From: Torpedo marmorata
Taxonomy: Eukaryota
Direction: 5' to 3'
Length of the DNA: 64,000 nucleotides
Assembly (NCBI GenBank): GCA_977017645.1
Contig: OZ360249.1
Coordinates: 6,510,001-6,574,000, forward strand
In this document: piece after piece, positions 11,387 to 25,244 of the stretch
How positions within the stretch are numbered: position 1 is the first letter of the stretch
How the letters are laid out: each line of letters starts with the position of its first letter
The notes under the pieces: model-generated
Seen by the model: the letters and a program-made list of their open reading frames with translations, nothing else
What the model was told of the DNA's origin: nothing
Database searches by the model: none
Position numbers and translations under genes: made by a program

Positions 11387-14139
11387 AATAAGAAATATTG
11401 TTAATTGGGTTGAAGAAGAATGGGAAGATGATCATCTGAAGTGTAAACACTCGCATCGATAAGAATTACACACATCTTCCCAAAATTAGAATATTATAAC
11501 AATTGACATCTTTGCTGACAAAACACTTGGTCATACTTTACAACTTGTTCTCAGCCTTGTTATTTCAAAAGACCTCTTGCAGATTTGTTTTTAAACTCCT
11601 TTGAAAGAGAGGTGTTCACCTCTGTCACTTTACATCCGTGTGGATCTCCCAATGTAACACCCGTCTCTCCAGGAGCAATGCTATCACAGTCCGACTATTT
11701 GTAGAAAATAAATGTACATTTAGCAATTTATATCTCACTAAATTTTGTGTGCAATCATTTTAAAAGTGAAAGAAAGCAAGTTACACAAGCTTGTCGAATT
11801 AAATTGGGAAGCACTCTCTGATTTTGCAAAATTCCAATTTCAGGCAGTACTTACTTAACAACAATTAGATCGTGAAAGGAACCTAACTGTATCAAAGTAG
11901 CAAAAATAGAAGAAGATTCATTTCCTCAGAGAAGCGCCTTCTCTGATTGTTATTGGTGATACATATATGTTATGATCTAGGCTTGCACCTGGAGTGCTTT
12001 CTTTTGATGGAAGTACTGGCAAATAGGCATGATCTTGAACCAGAACTCCATTGAGTCAGCATCTACTGCTGGATTCAAAAAGGGGAAAGAAAATGCTGAA
12101 TAATCTTGGTAGATGCATTTGGCTGCAATTATTTTGTGATTTCTCTGCTAATTTAATGCTACAGCTCATGTGTAGTGAATGCAACATAAACGTGGCATAC
12201 AATCTTGTACAAAGTTGCAGTGGCCTAATCGATATGAGAAAATAAAATGGCTTCAATTTCACAATATCAAAGATCTATATATTCCTGAACTCGGCCAAAG
12301 CTTTCAGAGATTGGAGTCTGAGGATCAAAAGTGCTGGGGAGGGCTGATCATGTTTCTTCAATCCTAGCAGTATGCAGGGCATTGCATATCTGGCTTGGAC
12401 TACACATAATAACAAAATAGCAAAAGCCCTCAGGTGACATTATGTGTGTTTAATACATGCCATTGCCTCGATATTGGATAACCCACATTTATTGTGTTAA
12501 GTGGGTGCTGTGAAAAAAGACAGCGCTGAATCTGAAGTCATCCAAATGTCATGAATATGGGACATTTTGTTTTGAGAAATCTTTTTCATGGGTTACTTTC
12601 TTTAAGTAGTGTCCCCAACCTCCATTTCACTTTTCACATTACCTTGCAACATAGAAGGAAGCCATTAAGTCTATGCCAGCACTCAGTAATCTTATTCCTC
12701 CACTAATTTTCTTTGTAACCTATTTTCCCCACATTCTTTTTCATCTGCATGGCTACTTGCTCATCAGGTGGCAGCAAGAGGAAATGGGGAGAGGTTGGGT
12801 TGCAAATGTTGGTGAGGGATGTGGGATGGTAACACAGAGTGCAGGAGCATAGAAGTGCATGAACGTCCCAGGCTGGACCCCTCCCAAGCATAGAGCAGGT
12901 TGCGTGCACCCCTTTTACCCTGAGAAGGTGATGATGGTGATGCAGATCGAAGCTTCTGTGAACTGCAGTTGCAAGCTCACAGAAGTATCAATCTTTATGG
13001 AGGGTGACAAACAAAGATGTTTCATGTACATAAAAATTACATGAGATAATTTTAATGCATTAATAATACAGCAGGGGAGGACACTGATTATTTTTAATTT
13101 GTTGCCCTACTTATTCATCTCTGAGTTCATCACTAACTTTTGTCAATAAATAATTGAAAGGAGTGGAGTACGCTGATGATGTCACCGTACACGTAAAGAA
13201 CAAAGGGGAAATTATATGATGTTTGGATGGATTTGACAGGAAGTTTCTTTGTAGGAGCAACCAATAGGAAATGTGCGCAAGTGTTTCAAATCATGTCCCA
13301 AATCCCATCTTGCGCACTTTTTACAAACACAATTTGAACACTAGTGTTTTTTGTCCTCATTCAATTTCAAAGTGTATATGTCCAAGGAATGTCCATGTAT
13401 TTGTTTTATATGTTCCCTCTCCATTTTGTTTTCTTGTCTGCACTATTAAAGTCACTGACTTCCATGCTGTATCTCCCACTCTTGAACATGGATAGAGGGT
13501 GGGTGCTTTAACTGTACACCTCATGCTAGATTTACTCATTTTCCCCTTCCTACCTGAGCTTTCAACATCAATGAGAACCTCACTAGTTGGTCTGGCATTT
13601 GTTGTTTTTTTTTTCTTTTTCTCTGATATAGGCTTCCTCAGCAAAACTTGAAAAGACTGGAGGGTTGACAGTGGTGACCTTTAATCATAAATATAAATGA
13701 CATCGCTGCTCATTACACCGGGTAAGATTCTCAAAGGCTGGGTTTAATAAATGGCCAACGGTGACTCTCATCAAATGCCTAGACTTATTCATAAGCCCCC
13801 CTTCCCCCCACTTCCCCACTGAGTTCTGTTTCACTACATTGTGCAGCTGTTGTCTAGACTAATATCTAAGCACCACCCTAATTTTTCTAAACAGTAGAAT
13901 GAATAATGTGGATCTGAACTACAGCTATTTATTTTTAGAAAAATAGGATTTTGGTGTTTTGTTTATTTTTTTTACATTTCTTTTATCCCGTCCTCTCCAG
14001 ATTTGTACTCAGGTTCCAAGAAGACCTGACATCCTCCAGTGTACCACCCAATGTGCACATCCATTGCACATCACTGTGTAGTCGAATTAACAAATAGATA
14101 AACTTACCTTCTGCCAATCGAAGCCTTATCTGTGTGGAA

Positions 14140-14830
14140 GAAAGACTTGTATTTAAATATCACCTTTTACATACTTTTGGATATGCCAGAGCAATTTACA
14201 ACCAACCAAATTTAGTCTCTGTTGTGATGCAGGGAAAATGAGAGTCAATTGATGCACAGCAAACTCTCACATAACAGAAATGTGACAGTGAATGGATAAG
14301 TTAATTTTGGTGGTGAGGGGTAAATAGTGGGTAGGACTCCCACATTTCATTGAAACAATGCCATTCAATCTTTCTTATATATCTAAGGGGCTTAGTTGAG
14401 TGTTGGATCTAGACCAGTGGTTTTCAAACTACCCCCCTAAACTCACATACCACCTTAACCCACCCCTATGCCATAAGTGCTCTGTGATTAGTAAGGGATT
14501 GTGAGTGGGAAGGGAAGGTTGAGAACCACTGCTCTAGACCCATTTGTTACTGAAATATTTTGCTTGAGAAAAATTGTCATTCCTTTGGAGTTATGAAACC
14601 GTGCACAAAATGAGTCAATTAGGTACGATTAAAACAGTGGTTTTCAACCTTTTTCTTCCCACTCACATACCACCTTAAGCAATCCCTTACTAATCACAGA
14701 GGACTTATGGCATAGGGATTGCTTAAGGTGGAATGTGAGTTTAGGGGGGCAGTTTGAAAACCACTGCTCTAGAGGATTACATTTCCAGCAACCCTGCCCC
14801 CATTCCCCCCACCCCAATCAGCTTGGATTT
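14140..14830 (-). mobile_element. Ancient Deu-domain SINE relic (SacSINE1/AmnSINE1-like) split by a MITE
   Basis: Tail 'gacttgtatttaaatatcacctttt' and body 'tgcacagcaaactctcaca...gaggggtaaatagtgg' resemble 25245-25440 and the reverse complement of 57910-58250. Confidence 0.5.
14415..14766. mobile_element. Composite hAT (Charlie-like) MITE
   Basis: TIR cagtggttttcaaact...agtttgaaaaccactg; 8-bp flanks atctagac/ctctagag (NTCTAGAN target). Confidence 0.9.
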
Positions 14831-14949
14831 TTTTTGGGCTGAAGGTAGACAAACTTATTTTAGGTCACTTGTGCTATAGATCCGTATAAATATTGCCTAC
14901 TATTTAAACGCACATCCACACCTTTGGTTTCACTGGTATGAATGAGGGA

Positions 14950-15860
14950 AAATGTACACCTCACCATTGTGCATACATTTAGACTGACAAATTTCTGTCT
15001 CCACCCAAACTACAGGTGCAGGCAGTGTGAACCGCAGCAATGAGTTGAATGTTTCGGATAGAGGATTGGGCTCTGATCATGCGAATTGCTTTGTTCTGGA
15101 TGGTGCCGAGCTTCTTGAATGTTTACAGAGCAAGGTATATGGAGATTTTAATGTTGCATTCTTGCTATGTCTTGACATTGCAAAGTTAAACGCCAACTGA
15201 TCATAGGCTTCGTCAGTGATCTGTGGTTGCAGTCACAGTTTTAATGCAGCTGGGTAAATTTCATTTTTTTAAAAATTTAGACATACAGCACGGTAACAGG
15301 CCCTTTCGGCCCACGAACCCAATTACACCCAATTGACCTACATCCCCGGTACGTTTTGAAGGGTGGGAGGAAACCGGAGCCCCCAGGGAAAGCCCACGCA
15401 GACACGGGGAGAATGTACAAACTCCTTACAGACAACGTGGGATTTGAACCCCGGTCCTGATCGTTGGCGCTGTAACAGCATTGTGCTAACCGTTACGCTA
15501 ACTGTGCCGCATTGTTGAGCTTTCATTCAACAATGACTCCCAGGATATTGATGATTGGCGAGGCAGTGGATAGTGCTACTACTGAATGTCAGGGTTAGCT
15601 TGTCAGAGTCCCTCTCTCTTTGGAGATGATAATTTCCTGTCACTCGTGAAGCATGAATGTTACAGCCACTTCTTATCCCACATCTGAGCATTCTCCGGGA
15701 CTTGCTGCATACAGGCATGGACTGCTTCATTTTCTGAAGAAGTGTAAATGGAAATGATTAATGTCCAATGATCAGTGAACACTCCACACCTAATCTTCGA
15801 GAGCAGGAAATCATTCCCAAAGATTTGAGGATGGTTGAACCTCCAACGCTGCTTCAAGCA
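14950..15860 (-). mobile_element. Old CR1/L2-group LINE RT fragment interrupted by a V-SINE
   Basis: Minus-strand remnants GVFTDH (FADD position), MQQVPENAQMWDKKW, NILGVIVE, FKKLGTIQNKAIRMI. Confidence 0.6.
15264..15510 (-). mobile_element. V-SINE (HE1-like)
   Basis: Consensus match. Confidence 0.9.
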
Positions 15861-17547
15861 ATTGTTATCACAGTTCCCACATCACAACACCTTCTAAAGT
15901 ATTTAATTGGCTGTCCTGAGTGGGATGTAAAAGGTGTGGCATAAATGTAATTATTTTTTTCTTTATTTATATTATCACTCAAAACACTCTATTTAGGTCA
16001 AAGACTGAAACAGATCCATAGTTCTTTTATTTCAAGTTTCAGTCATCAACAATTTCTTTACCCTCTGAACAATCTAAACTTTGCAGTCTGAATTCTAGAT
16101 TTTTGAACTACACTTTATTAAACAAAAATAATCGTGAGAAATGAATGAAGGATAAAGAGAAGAAACCGATCTTGATTTCTTCCTCACTTTCCTGAACTTG
16201 TTCCCAGAAAGCTATGTTTTAACAAAACATGAAAGAGCAGTTTAACAGAATCAGGAGAAAATGTGAATGCTTGAAAGAGTAACAGCATCATTGTTCTTAT
16301 TTTCCAGCGCATCCTTCGATCAAGAAAAAATAAGCCTTGAAATCCTCTCTGAAGACTGCGATTTTTTTTTTTTTTTTTTGTTTCAACGGTGAGGCAGCAC
16401 TTCTGAAGATGTGAAGCTGCCAATGTGAGTCATGCTGGAAGGCATGGGGATGCCAGCCTGAATGGCCAGCTGGCAGCCTTTTTGTGAGAAAGAGAGAGAA
16501 CTTTTTACTCTGCAGCCATCTTGAGGGTAGGGGGCTGCAGTTACTAAAATGGACGTATCGCCACTCATTGTGGCATAAGGTAGGCAACTCAGTTCTCAAA
16601 TCCACAATCGCGCTCTTCACAGACACCTCCAACAAACCCTGCCCCCCTCCACTTTGCTCATTACACTAATTACCTCAGCAAGAACGATAAATGTAGCTCG
16701 GGTGACCCAATCCCGTCTCTCGTATTCTTTCAAGCAGATAATCTGCCCTCAATTTTAATTTAATTAACATTATTTCAGAATTCTTTGATCATTCCTTCCA
16801 TCCTTTTTATAGATTGGTGATGAAGAACATGACCTGCATCTTTTCACTAAATGCAGAACATAAACTTATTTGGAGATTTCAGGAAATAACTGATGTTATG
16901 TAAATAGCATGTAAAGAAACAATGTCCTACATTCCTTCCCTCCCTACCTGATTTGCATGATACAAATTCTAAAAACAGCATTAAAAAAATCAAACAATTC
17001 TATTTTGTAAGCATAACTTTGAATAAAAACAAAGATTAATAAGAAATAGGAAAGAAAATTCAATCACTTTGATTCTTGGGTTTATTAGTATTTTTACAGG
17101 AATAGGTTTACTTTTTATGATTGCATCTGAATAATATTACAATGCATTGTGTGTATTTTCTCTATCTACTGATCACTCCTTTTATCTACTGAAGTATTAA
17201 CATTTTTATTGGTCTCCAGGATTCAGCCTTTTGCTGGGGCCATGGTTAAATGGTACCTCCTTGGGTACAAACTAGTCAGTGAGTGCACCAGGGTAATCAA
17301 CCATTGGCTCATCACATGTACTCAAAATTTTGGCATTGTATAATTTTTAGTATGGAGGCACGGGGCAAGAGATCAAAGCCAGGAATACTGGGCGGGTCTA
17401 TCGCCATTCCAACCCTGACCTGCACGTCCCACTTCCTAAATTTGTAATGCTGTTTCTTACTTGCTTCCTTTATGAAATTGTTGGATTTTAACATTTACAA
17501 CAATTATTCCACACAATGTATTGAACCAAGTTGACTTAATCACGCCA

Positions 17548-17740
17548 AGAAACACAAAAGCTTCAGATGCTGAAATCTTGTGCAGACAAAGAATTACTGG
17601 AGGAACTCAACGGGTCGGACTGCATCCATTGGTAGAAATGGTCAGTCAGTGTTTTGGAGCTGAACCCTTTATCAAGACTAAGATTCTAAAAAAAAGACAA
17701 TTTCTATCCATGGATTCTGTTCCTCCAGCAATTCTTTGTT
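17548..17740. mobile_element. Fold-back pair of PLE pseudo-LTR relics
   Basis: acaaagaattactggaggaac and its inverse gttcctccagcaattctttgt; degenerate minus-strand hammerhead at ~17645-17678. Confidence 0.55.
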
Positions 17741-18811
17741 AACTTAATCATCTGTTTTACTGTCAATTTTAACTCTTTGAATACTGATCCTGAGCGAAGA
17801 TAACTCTGTTTATAGAAGGAAAGACCCATAACTGCACCGACTGATACCTTAAAGGGCCAAAAGATTCCTAGCAACCTGTCATAGCAACAGCATATGCCTT
17901 TTGTCACATGGGGGAGCATACTTAAAATACTTAAATGTTGCTGACTTTAATACAGTGAAAATATGAATGATTTCCCATTATTTTATGGACATTTAACAAT
18001 CACACACTCAGATATGGGTCATATTTTCACAAATAGTGACTCTCTATTGTTTCAAAGTGTTCCAGCTGTGTCCTGAACTTTGCCAAATAGTGGGTTTTTC
18101 CTGCTCTCTTTTTTGCCACATCTCTTTGGAAAGGGTTGGTTCATGCTGGGGACAGTCTGTAGAACCTTACTCAAATGTCCATTCTCCATGTGCATTTCCT
18201 ATGCATCTAGGAAGTGAGAACGTAAGTTTTAAAATGCTGACTGGAAGATAGAAGCCAGCTGCATTCTGTTCTTTCTTGTTATCAGCCTGAGCTGATAAGA
18301 ACCTCTTTATTTGGTAAGGTAGTAAAAGACTATTAACCATTGGATTAATGAATCCCAAGAGAATTCTCAGGAATATGGACTTATGTGGAGCAGTCTGTTC
18401 GAATGGACCTAGGGATCTGAAGGTATGAAATACATGACTTGTAAGCCATGAGGCAGACTCTCTTGGGGTAAGACTAGCTGCTTGTGGCAGTGCTTGTTGC
18501 TGTAACAGAGTTTTCACGCTTTGCAAAGTGATTAAAAGTTTGTGTTTGCAGCTGTATTCTCATTTGCTTTCAAGCAACATCAGGTCCGCTTTAACAGAAG
18601 TAACAGCTTACCCTCAGAAGTAGAGTCAGACTGTTATTTTAATTCTCTTTCTGGGTGCAGGCTGTACATCATGTGGGCAATGGGTGAGCAAAGAATTGGA
18701 TGCAGTATGAAAAATAGTTGATTGACAGTGCTCTGTTCCAGAGCTCCCCATTTGGAGGAGGTACTAGAGATTTTGCCTTGGAACCACAGTCAGAACAAGC
18801 TATCACGGGTT

Positions 18812-19070
18812 GGGCAGCACGGTTGGCGTAACGGTTAGCGCAATGCCTTTACAGCGCCAGCGATCGGGACCGGACCTGGGTTTGAATCCTGCGCTGTCTG
18901 TAAGGAGTTTGTACGTTCTCCCCGTGTCTGCGTGGGTTTTCTCTGGGGGCTCCAGTTTCTTCCCACCCTTCAAAAAAAGTACCTGGGTGTAGGTTAATGG
19001 GGTGTAAATTTGGCGGCACGGACTACTAGGGCCAAGTTGGCCTGTTATAGTGCTGTATGTCTAAATTTAA
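18812..19070 (+). mobile_element. V-SINE (HE1-like)
   Basis: Consensus match. Confidence 0.9.
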
Positions 19071-20045
19071 ATGAAAAATGTAAAATATCACCTTCAAGAA
19101 AGAGAAGTTGTATTCTAAGAGAAACAAATGTGCTGTATCAACAAAATCTTTACAGGGAGTTGAAAATAAATGTCAGACTCTTCAATCTGGGTAGGGCACA
19201 ATGATAATATCAGGAACAGGCTGCTTGCAATGTGTAGCCTGCCTTGGCTTGGCACATTTTGTTCTGCCTATATAGAAAATGGTGAAAGCTTAACCAGCTC
19301 TAATAGGTACCTCATCCTAATATATTGGCCCACTTCTTTCAAATAGAGCATTGCTGTGAAAAACATCATATTAAAATCCACGGAAGACAAAATGTCATAA
19401 TTTTAAAAATTAAACGGAAATTTGACAGTATTAAGAGTTACATAATCCTTCAATATTTTGTGAATGAAAATGGGAATTGAACTCAAATCATGCTCTGACA
19501 GGATTAACATGAAAAGATTTTCTGCATTTGTTTTTAAAGAATAGTGCTGTGATTTTTGACACACATTGAGGAAGTCCCTTTTAAGATCTTGGCCATAATT
19601 TTGTAGTTTGCCTCTTTGTGATTGAGCCACAGAAGCAAGAGTGAATCTCCTGAAGAGGAAGGAATCCTTCACGTGTCTCTATGCTGCATGATTGATGTAA
19701 TCCAATTTTCTTTAGTGATCAGTGGTCTGTTAGGGCCCAAGGTTTACCATGCCCAAAGAGTTGGGATACTCTGATTTTTTTTTACATTATCATCAATGAG
19801 CACCTCCTTTTGATGAATCGGAGGATTTTTGCACATTGCTTCAGTGTAAATATTTGCTGGTTAAATATGATTCAAAATCTAGACAGATACAGGAATCATA
19901 TTTTCACTTTACATCACCACCCAGTTTTAAAGTTCTAGGGTTTTAAAGACTGGCTAGAGTTTTGATTTTACTGAGAAAATATTTTTCTGCAGAAGTAACA
20001 ATGCAATTGTCCTTTTACTGGAGGTTGGAAAAATACACAGGAGAT

Positions 20046-20296
20046 TAAAATTTTAAATTTTATTCACAGCATGGTAGAAGCCGATTCCGGCCATTTAAAC
20101 CCATGCCGCCCAATTTAACCCAAATTAACCAACAACCCCATACGTTTTGGACGGTGAGAGGAAATTGGAGTACTGGAGGAAACCCACGCAGACGCGGGGA
20201 AAACGTACAAACTCCGTACAGACAGTGCCAGATTAGAACCTGGGTCGCTGGCGCTGTAACAGCGTTGCGCTAACCGCTACGCTAACCGTGCCACCC
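20046..20296 (-). mobile_element. V-SINE (HE1-like)
   Basis: Consensus match. Confidence 0.9.
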
Positions 20297-22950
20297 TGAT
20301 TAATGAGTAGACATGGCTTAAAGCCTCCATATTCACAAAAGGGAATATTTCATGGCACTGATAATTTCATAAACAATTTGATTATTCATTATTATTTATT
20401 TTTATTTGCATGGTAATTGTAATCAAATGTGCACAATTTAGATAGTGTGTGATCTGTTAAGGTTCCCAGTAGCAAAAATCTGTCATAAGTCGTAGAAATG
20501 ACCAACATTGAGCTTAATCAGTTATTCCAAACAGTGGTGTTCAGAATTTATTTTTCTATTTATAGCAGCTATCATTCTGTTTTGATGAATTAATAATATT
20601 CTTTGATAATTGTTTACAATTAATAAATGGTCAGTGGGAATCTGATTATGCCAGAGAGCTGAATTTACCTCCACTAGTTACTGTGCAATGTTATAGATAG
20701 AATTTACAGATCCACTAGAAACCAAACTACTACATGTCTGATTCAGCAGGAGTCAAGTATCAATCAAGCTTTTCATATATGATTTTTAAAGCACCGTTCA
20801 ATGTCAAGCTTATTAAAATGTCCCCTGAAAATGAGCCAAAGTTGAAGCTGGGACATAGTTCTATTTTCAATAACCCCACCTTGTCTTATATTAGACAGTA
20901 GTCCATCGGCATGTGTTTCAGTGTAAATACCAGCTGATAGCTCCAAGGAGGGATGTGGAGCTGTCAAAAAGATTGTGCCAATAAGACACTTCCAACAGAC
21001 ATTTTTCAAAATTTTTGCTTTTAATGATATGGACAAAACCTTTCCCCGTTTGTAGTTAGCAATGGACAGATTCATTGAGTCTGTGTTCTCTGGAGTTTCC
21101 TTGTGTCCATTCCCCAGCTTCTCCATAATACTTAACACGTTTTAAGTTGGAATAGAATCATAGTAAATAAAGAATAAAACACTTTGCAAAGGAGTCGAAA
21201 ACAATCCACACATTTTTGTATTTCTTCTGCCGTTAGTTGGGGAGAAGGAATTTATTTTTGTTGCAATTGTTAAACAAAGAAATGGAAAACAAATGAATGT
21301 CAATCCTGGTTGCGAGAATTCCCAGCACGAACGGGGATGACGAAGCGTTGATCCATGTTCCAAGGTTGTAAACATCGGCCTTGATCTCACGGAGATTATC
21401 ATGAGAGAGAGGGGGAGAAAGAGAGAGAGAGGGGGAGAAATAGAGAGAAATATAAGCAATGAAACAACTGCTTCAAATGAACAGAATCCTGACAAGCTGC
21501 TGTACATTAACATAATTACATGTAGTGAGAGCTTGGAGCCTCCGGTGAGCAGATTGTGCACAAACAATTAAAACAACAGCAGCTCCTTTGTCACCCTTTT
21601 CATATATACTTGGCAAATATGATTTTTTAAACACTGCATTATTCTGAAACTATTTTAAATTTTAATTTTAATAATAAAATAAAAATAGATTTTTCAAAAA
21701 AAATAAAAGCTGTAATTTTCTTTTTGTCTTCTACAGTTGGGAACCTAACCAATAAAGACATTAGCAATATAAGACAGAAATATTTTAAAATAAATAGAGG
21801 CTCAAAAGGTCTTTACAATAAACAATTTGTGATTGAAAAATATTTAACTTTTTTTTTTACTTGGGATTAAAAGCCAGAAGAATATTTGCAAAAGGAAGTC
21901 AATGTAGTTTGGTTCATGTCAGAATGGGTATTGTAATGTCTTTTGTAAAGAAATGTCTTTCTTTTTAAAATCCCTTTTTGTCCATTTAAATCTACAATAT
22001 ACAGTATTTCCGTGGAATGTAGCTTTATGATGAGAGGAAATAGAGGTGTGCATTTCTGTTGTTTAAGCCCCTAGTTTTGTATCCTGTTGGTCTCAACACA
22101 AAGCAGTAAAACCCACCTTCCCATTCGATTCCCTGTAATCATTAGGAATAATTATTCTTAATTGCCTGCTCTTACTGTTAGTTTTAAAGCAGCTGATGCT
22201 CCTGCTGACTCTCTATGCTTTTCATAGTCCGTTATAACTATTATGCAAATACTGTGAGGCTTTCCCCATCACCCCCCCATTCCATCCACCAACATTTGAT
22301 CTTTTTTTAACTGTTTCAGCAGAAGATGTGTTAATAAAGCTCCTTCATTATTTTTCCTCACAGGAGAAAAATAAATCTAATGATATTTTGCCACAGAATA
22401 TCAGTCCCTTGTTTTTGCATTTAGAGCTGATTAATCAAAAGACTGAGGACTAGGACAGTTTTTTTCTCACAGTTGAAAAAGCTGTTGAATCATTTTAGAT
22501 AGCAATTTGTTTCTCTGTCCATCTTTGTACAGATACATATCTGAATGGAATAATTCTGTAAAATATCCACACTGGAGCAGCATTCAGGTGGATAAGACAC
22601 CATATTTACGCAGCTACACGAGACTGAGATGTGGTTAAGATCCTCGTGATTCACTGACCCATCCCATCACCATTCACGATACTTGGCCATCGCACAGCAC
22701 TTGCACTTTCATGACCAAAGTAACTTCTTAGCAATGGTGAGCTGAATGAACACCAGTGAAGCCATGTTGTACGCCCAGGTCTTTTGTTAAATAGTCTCAG
22801 TCCTAGGCTTTGCATTTAACGATTCACTAAGGTGGACTTCAGTTTAAATTTTGGACATTTGGTCTACTTTGATGATGGCATGTGACTGTGCTCATTTCAC
22901 CCCATTCCTTTTTAATTTAAATTTTAAATAGGACGGCAACTGGAGCTTCT

Positions 22951-23147
22951 AGCCCACGAGCCCGTGCCGCCCAATTGACCTACAATCGCTGTACGTTTTG
23001 AAGGGTTGGATGAAACTGTGGAGCACCCGGGGAAAACCCACGCAGACATGGGGAAAGCGTAGAAACTCCTTACAGACAGCGTGGGATTCGAACCCCGGTC
23101 GCTGGCGCTGTAACAGCGTTGCGCTAACAGTTACGCTAAACGTGCCA
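22951..23147 (-). mobile_element. V-SINE lacking the 3' tail
   Basis: Head and V-domain match. Confidence 0.85.
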
Positions 23148-24880
23148 TAATATGTCTGGTGTTGCTTGCTGTGTGATAGAATAATGAGTACATATAAATA
23201 TGGCAAAGGAAATGAAGCATTCTGAAGGCAATCAAACGTCCTCATGTTTCTTTTTGTAACATCTACTGAGGAATTTTTCTGAGACAAATTTTCAAAATAT
23301 TACCATTGTCTTGAGCTTTTTAAAAATAGGTTAATGAGGTAAGCTTTGAAGTTGTGATTCCAGAAATAATACATTTCAGGAGGGAAAGGGAAGGATTGAT
23401 GGAGAAAGTTTGAAGCAGTTCTGCTTTGTGGCATCTATTTATTTCTAATCACTAATATTTCAGATATTTCACTACCCCTCAAAGAATCTTTGCTTGGAAT
23501 TTTGCCAAGTAAGAGAGTGTTTTGTTCTATGCCTTTTCGAGAGAAGTTGTTTACACCAGGTGATACCCTGAGCAATACTGGATGGATATAAACTAGGATT
23601 CATTTGCAATTAAAATGCACAATCAGTCTGGCAATGAGATTTCAATACTGTATTCAAATTTCTCTGCAGACTGGGATTTACACAAAAATATAACTGTACC
23701 TCCCATTCAAAGGAAACCCTGACAATATACACTTTTTATGTGAGAATACAATGAAAATTATTATTTAAAAGAAAGTACAATGAAATTAGCTGCACATTAC
23801 ATGCTGTTGGCTTTATGTAAAATTACAGACTGAACTGGACAATAGTTAAGATGGAGAAGGCTTTTTGGGAAATTACATAAATATATTATTGCTGGCTGAA
23901 AATATCTTAGAGTTGTACCTACATGAGGAATATTACATGAAAGAGAATGAGAGCAATGCTAGGTGGTAGTTTGGAATTTGATGCATGGGTTTCAATTCTG
24001 TGTGGGTTGGGTCTGTATTTATCTTTGTTAAATCACAATTAAAAGTCTGATACCTTGAGATAGCTCAGTCATTTTCACTCCAGGATCTGAATTCACTAAT
24101 AAAAAAAAAAGCTTTAACTGTGGAAGCAAAGCTAAGAGAAAATACAAAGATAAAATAGTATTAAAAATTAAGAACTGACAAACAGCCTGATCACCTGCAA
24201 AAAAAACCAGAGTAATATCCCCATGGTAATTAATTCACAGTCATTGATTTGAATAATCACTCTGTAGTAACTAATTCACAGTGTCATTTGGCATTGAGAA
24301 TAATTTTGCGGTAAATATCACCAATATTTTGTTGGATGTGAACACTGTTAGCTTCATCTACACTACTTTCTAAACATTCCTGCTTTGTTTGTAACACAAA
24401 AAATTTTCACAGTGCAAAATTAGATTTTTAAAATGCTTTATTTGCATTTTAATTAGAGTAATATAATCCAATCTTTTTTTTTCTACTTTTGTGCTTGAGA
24501 TGATTTGTTCAAACCACTGTTTTACAAGTGACCATTTATAAGATTGCTCTATTTGTTGTGGCACGGGGGGATGGTAGGTGGAAATCTGAAAAGGGAGGTG
24601 TTTTAAATATTTCTGTCATTTAATCACTTTATTATTTAAATATGCTGAAATATTTATCTTTTGATAAATGATTTAAGGCATCATACATTTTTACACAGGC
24701 AGAAAGAAGAGATACCCCTGATGGGCATCTGGTCCTCTGTACGGTGCAATGCCAAGGCTTACTGTTTGTAACCCTGCAGGAGTGATTTAACAAAAATCAA
24801 GATGGCTAACAAGGCCGTCACTGAGCGTTGATCTGCATAGTTAACTCCTTCTATGCTGGACCAGATTTCTTTTATAGCTG

Positions 24881-24893
24881 GTTGCATAGCAAC
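24881..24893. promoter_or_regulatory. Palindromic RFX X-box-like site
   Basis: GTTGC-ATA-GCAAC in repeat-free sequence. Confidence 0.35.
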
Positions 24894-25244
24894 AGATTAA
24901 TGCTCACCCAGTCAGTGCTGCAGCTGCATTTATGCACTTGGATTAATAATGCGCCAAGATCCTGGTGCTTTAATATTTTCCCTGGGATTGCAAGTGCTTT
25001 CTGGCCTTTTTACATTACTATAGTGTTTCTTTATGGCGCCTGTTGTTTCATCCCTGACTGCCCTCCCTGCTCCAATTTTTCCCTCCTCTACCGAAGGTTA
25101 GTTTCTGCCAGGTTACAATTCACAGCTGGCAGCTATCCTTTCACATCCTCAAGTCTGTCTTGGCAGTCATCCCCTGCAAATTATTCCATCTTGGAGGAGG
25201 TCACAGCCGAGCCTCCAGATCACCTGGGGGGTTATTATTTGGTA

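Noticed and set aside
13960-14110. Strong + strand splice acceptor at 14000
   Set aside because: No convincing downstream donor and no recognisable peptide
21365-21390. TGTAAACATC as miR-30
   Set aside because: Match limited to 10 nt; the rest of the mature sequence and a precursor hairpin are absent
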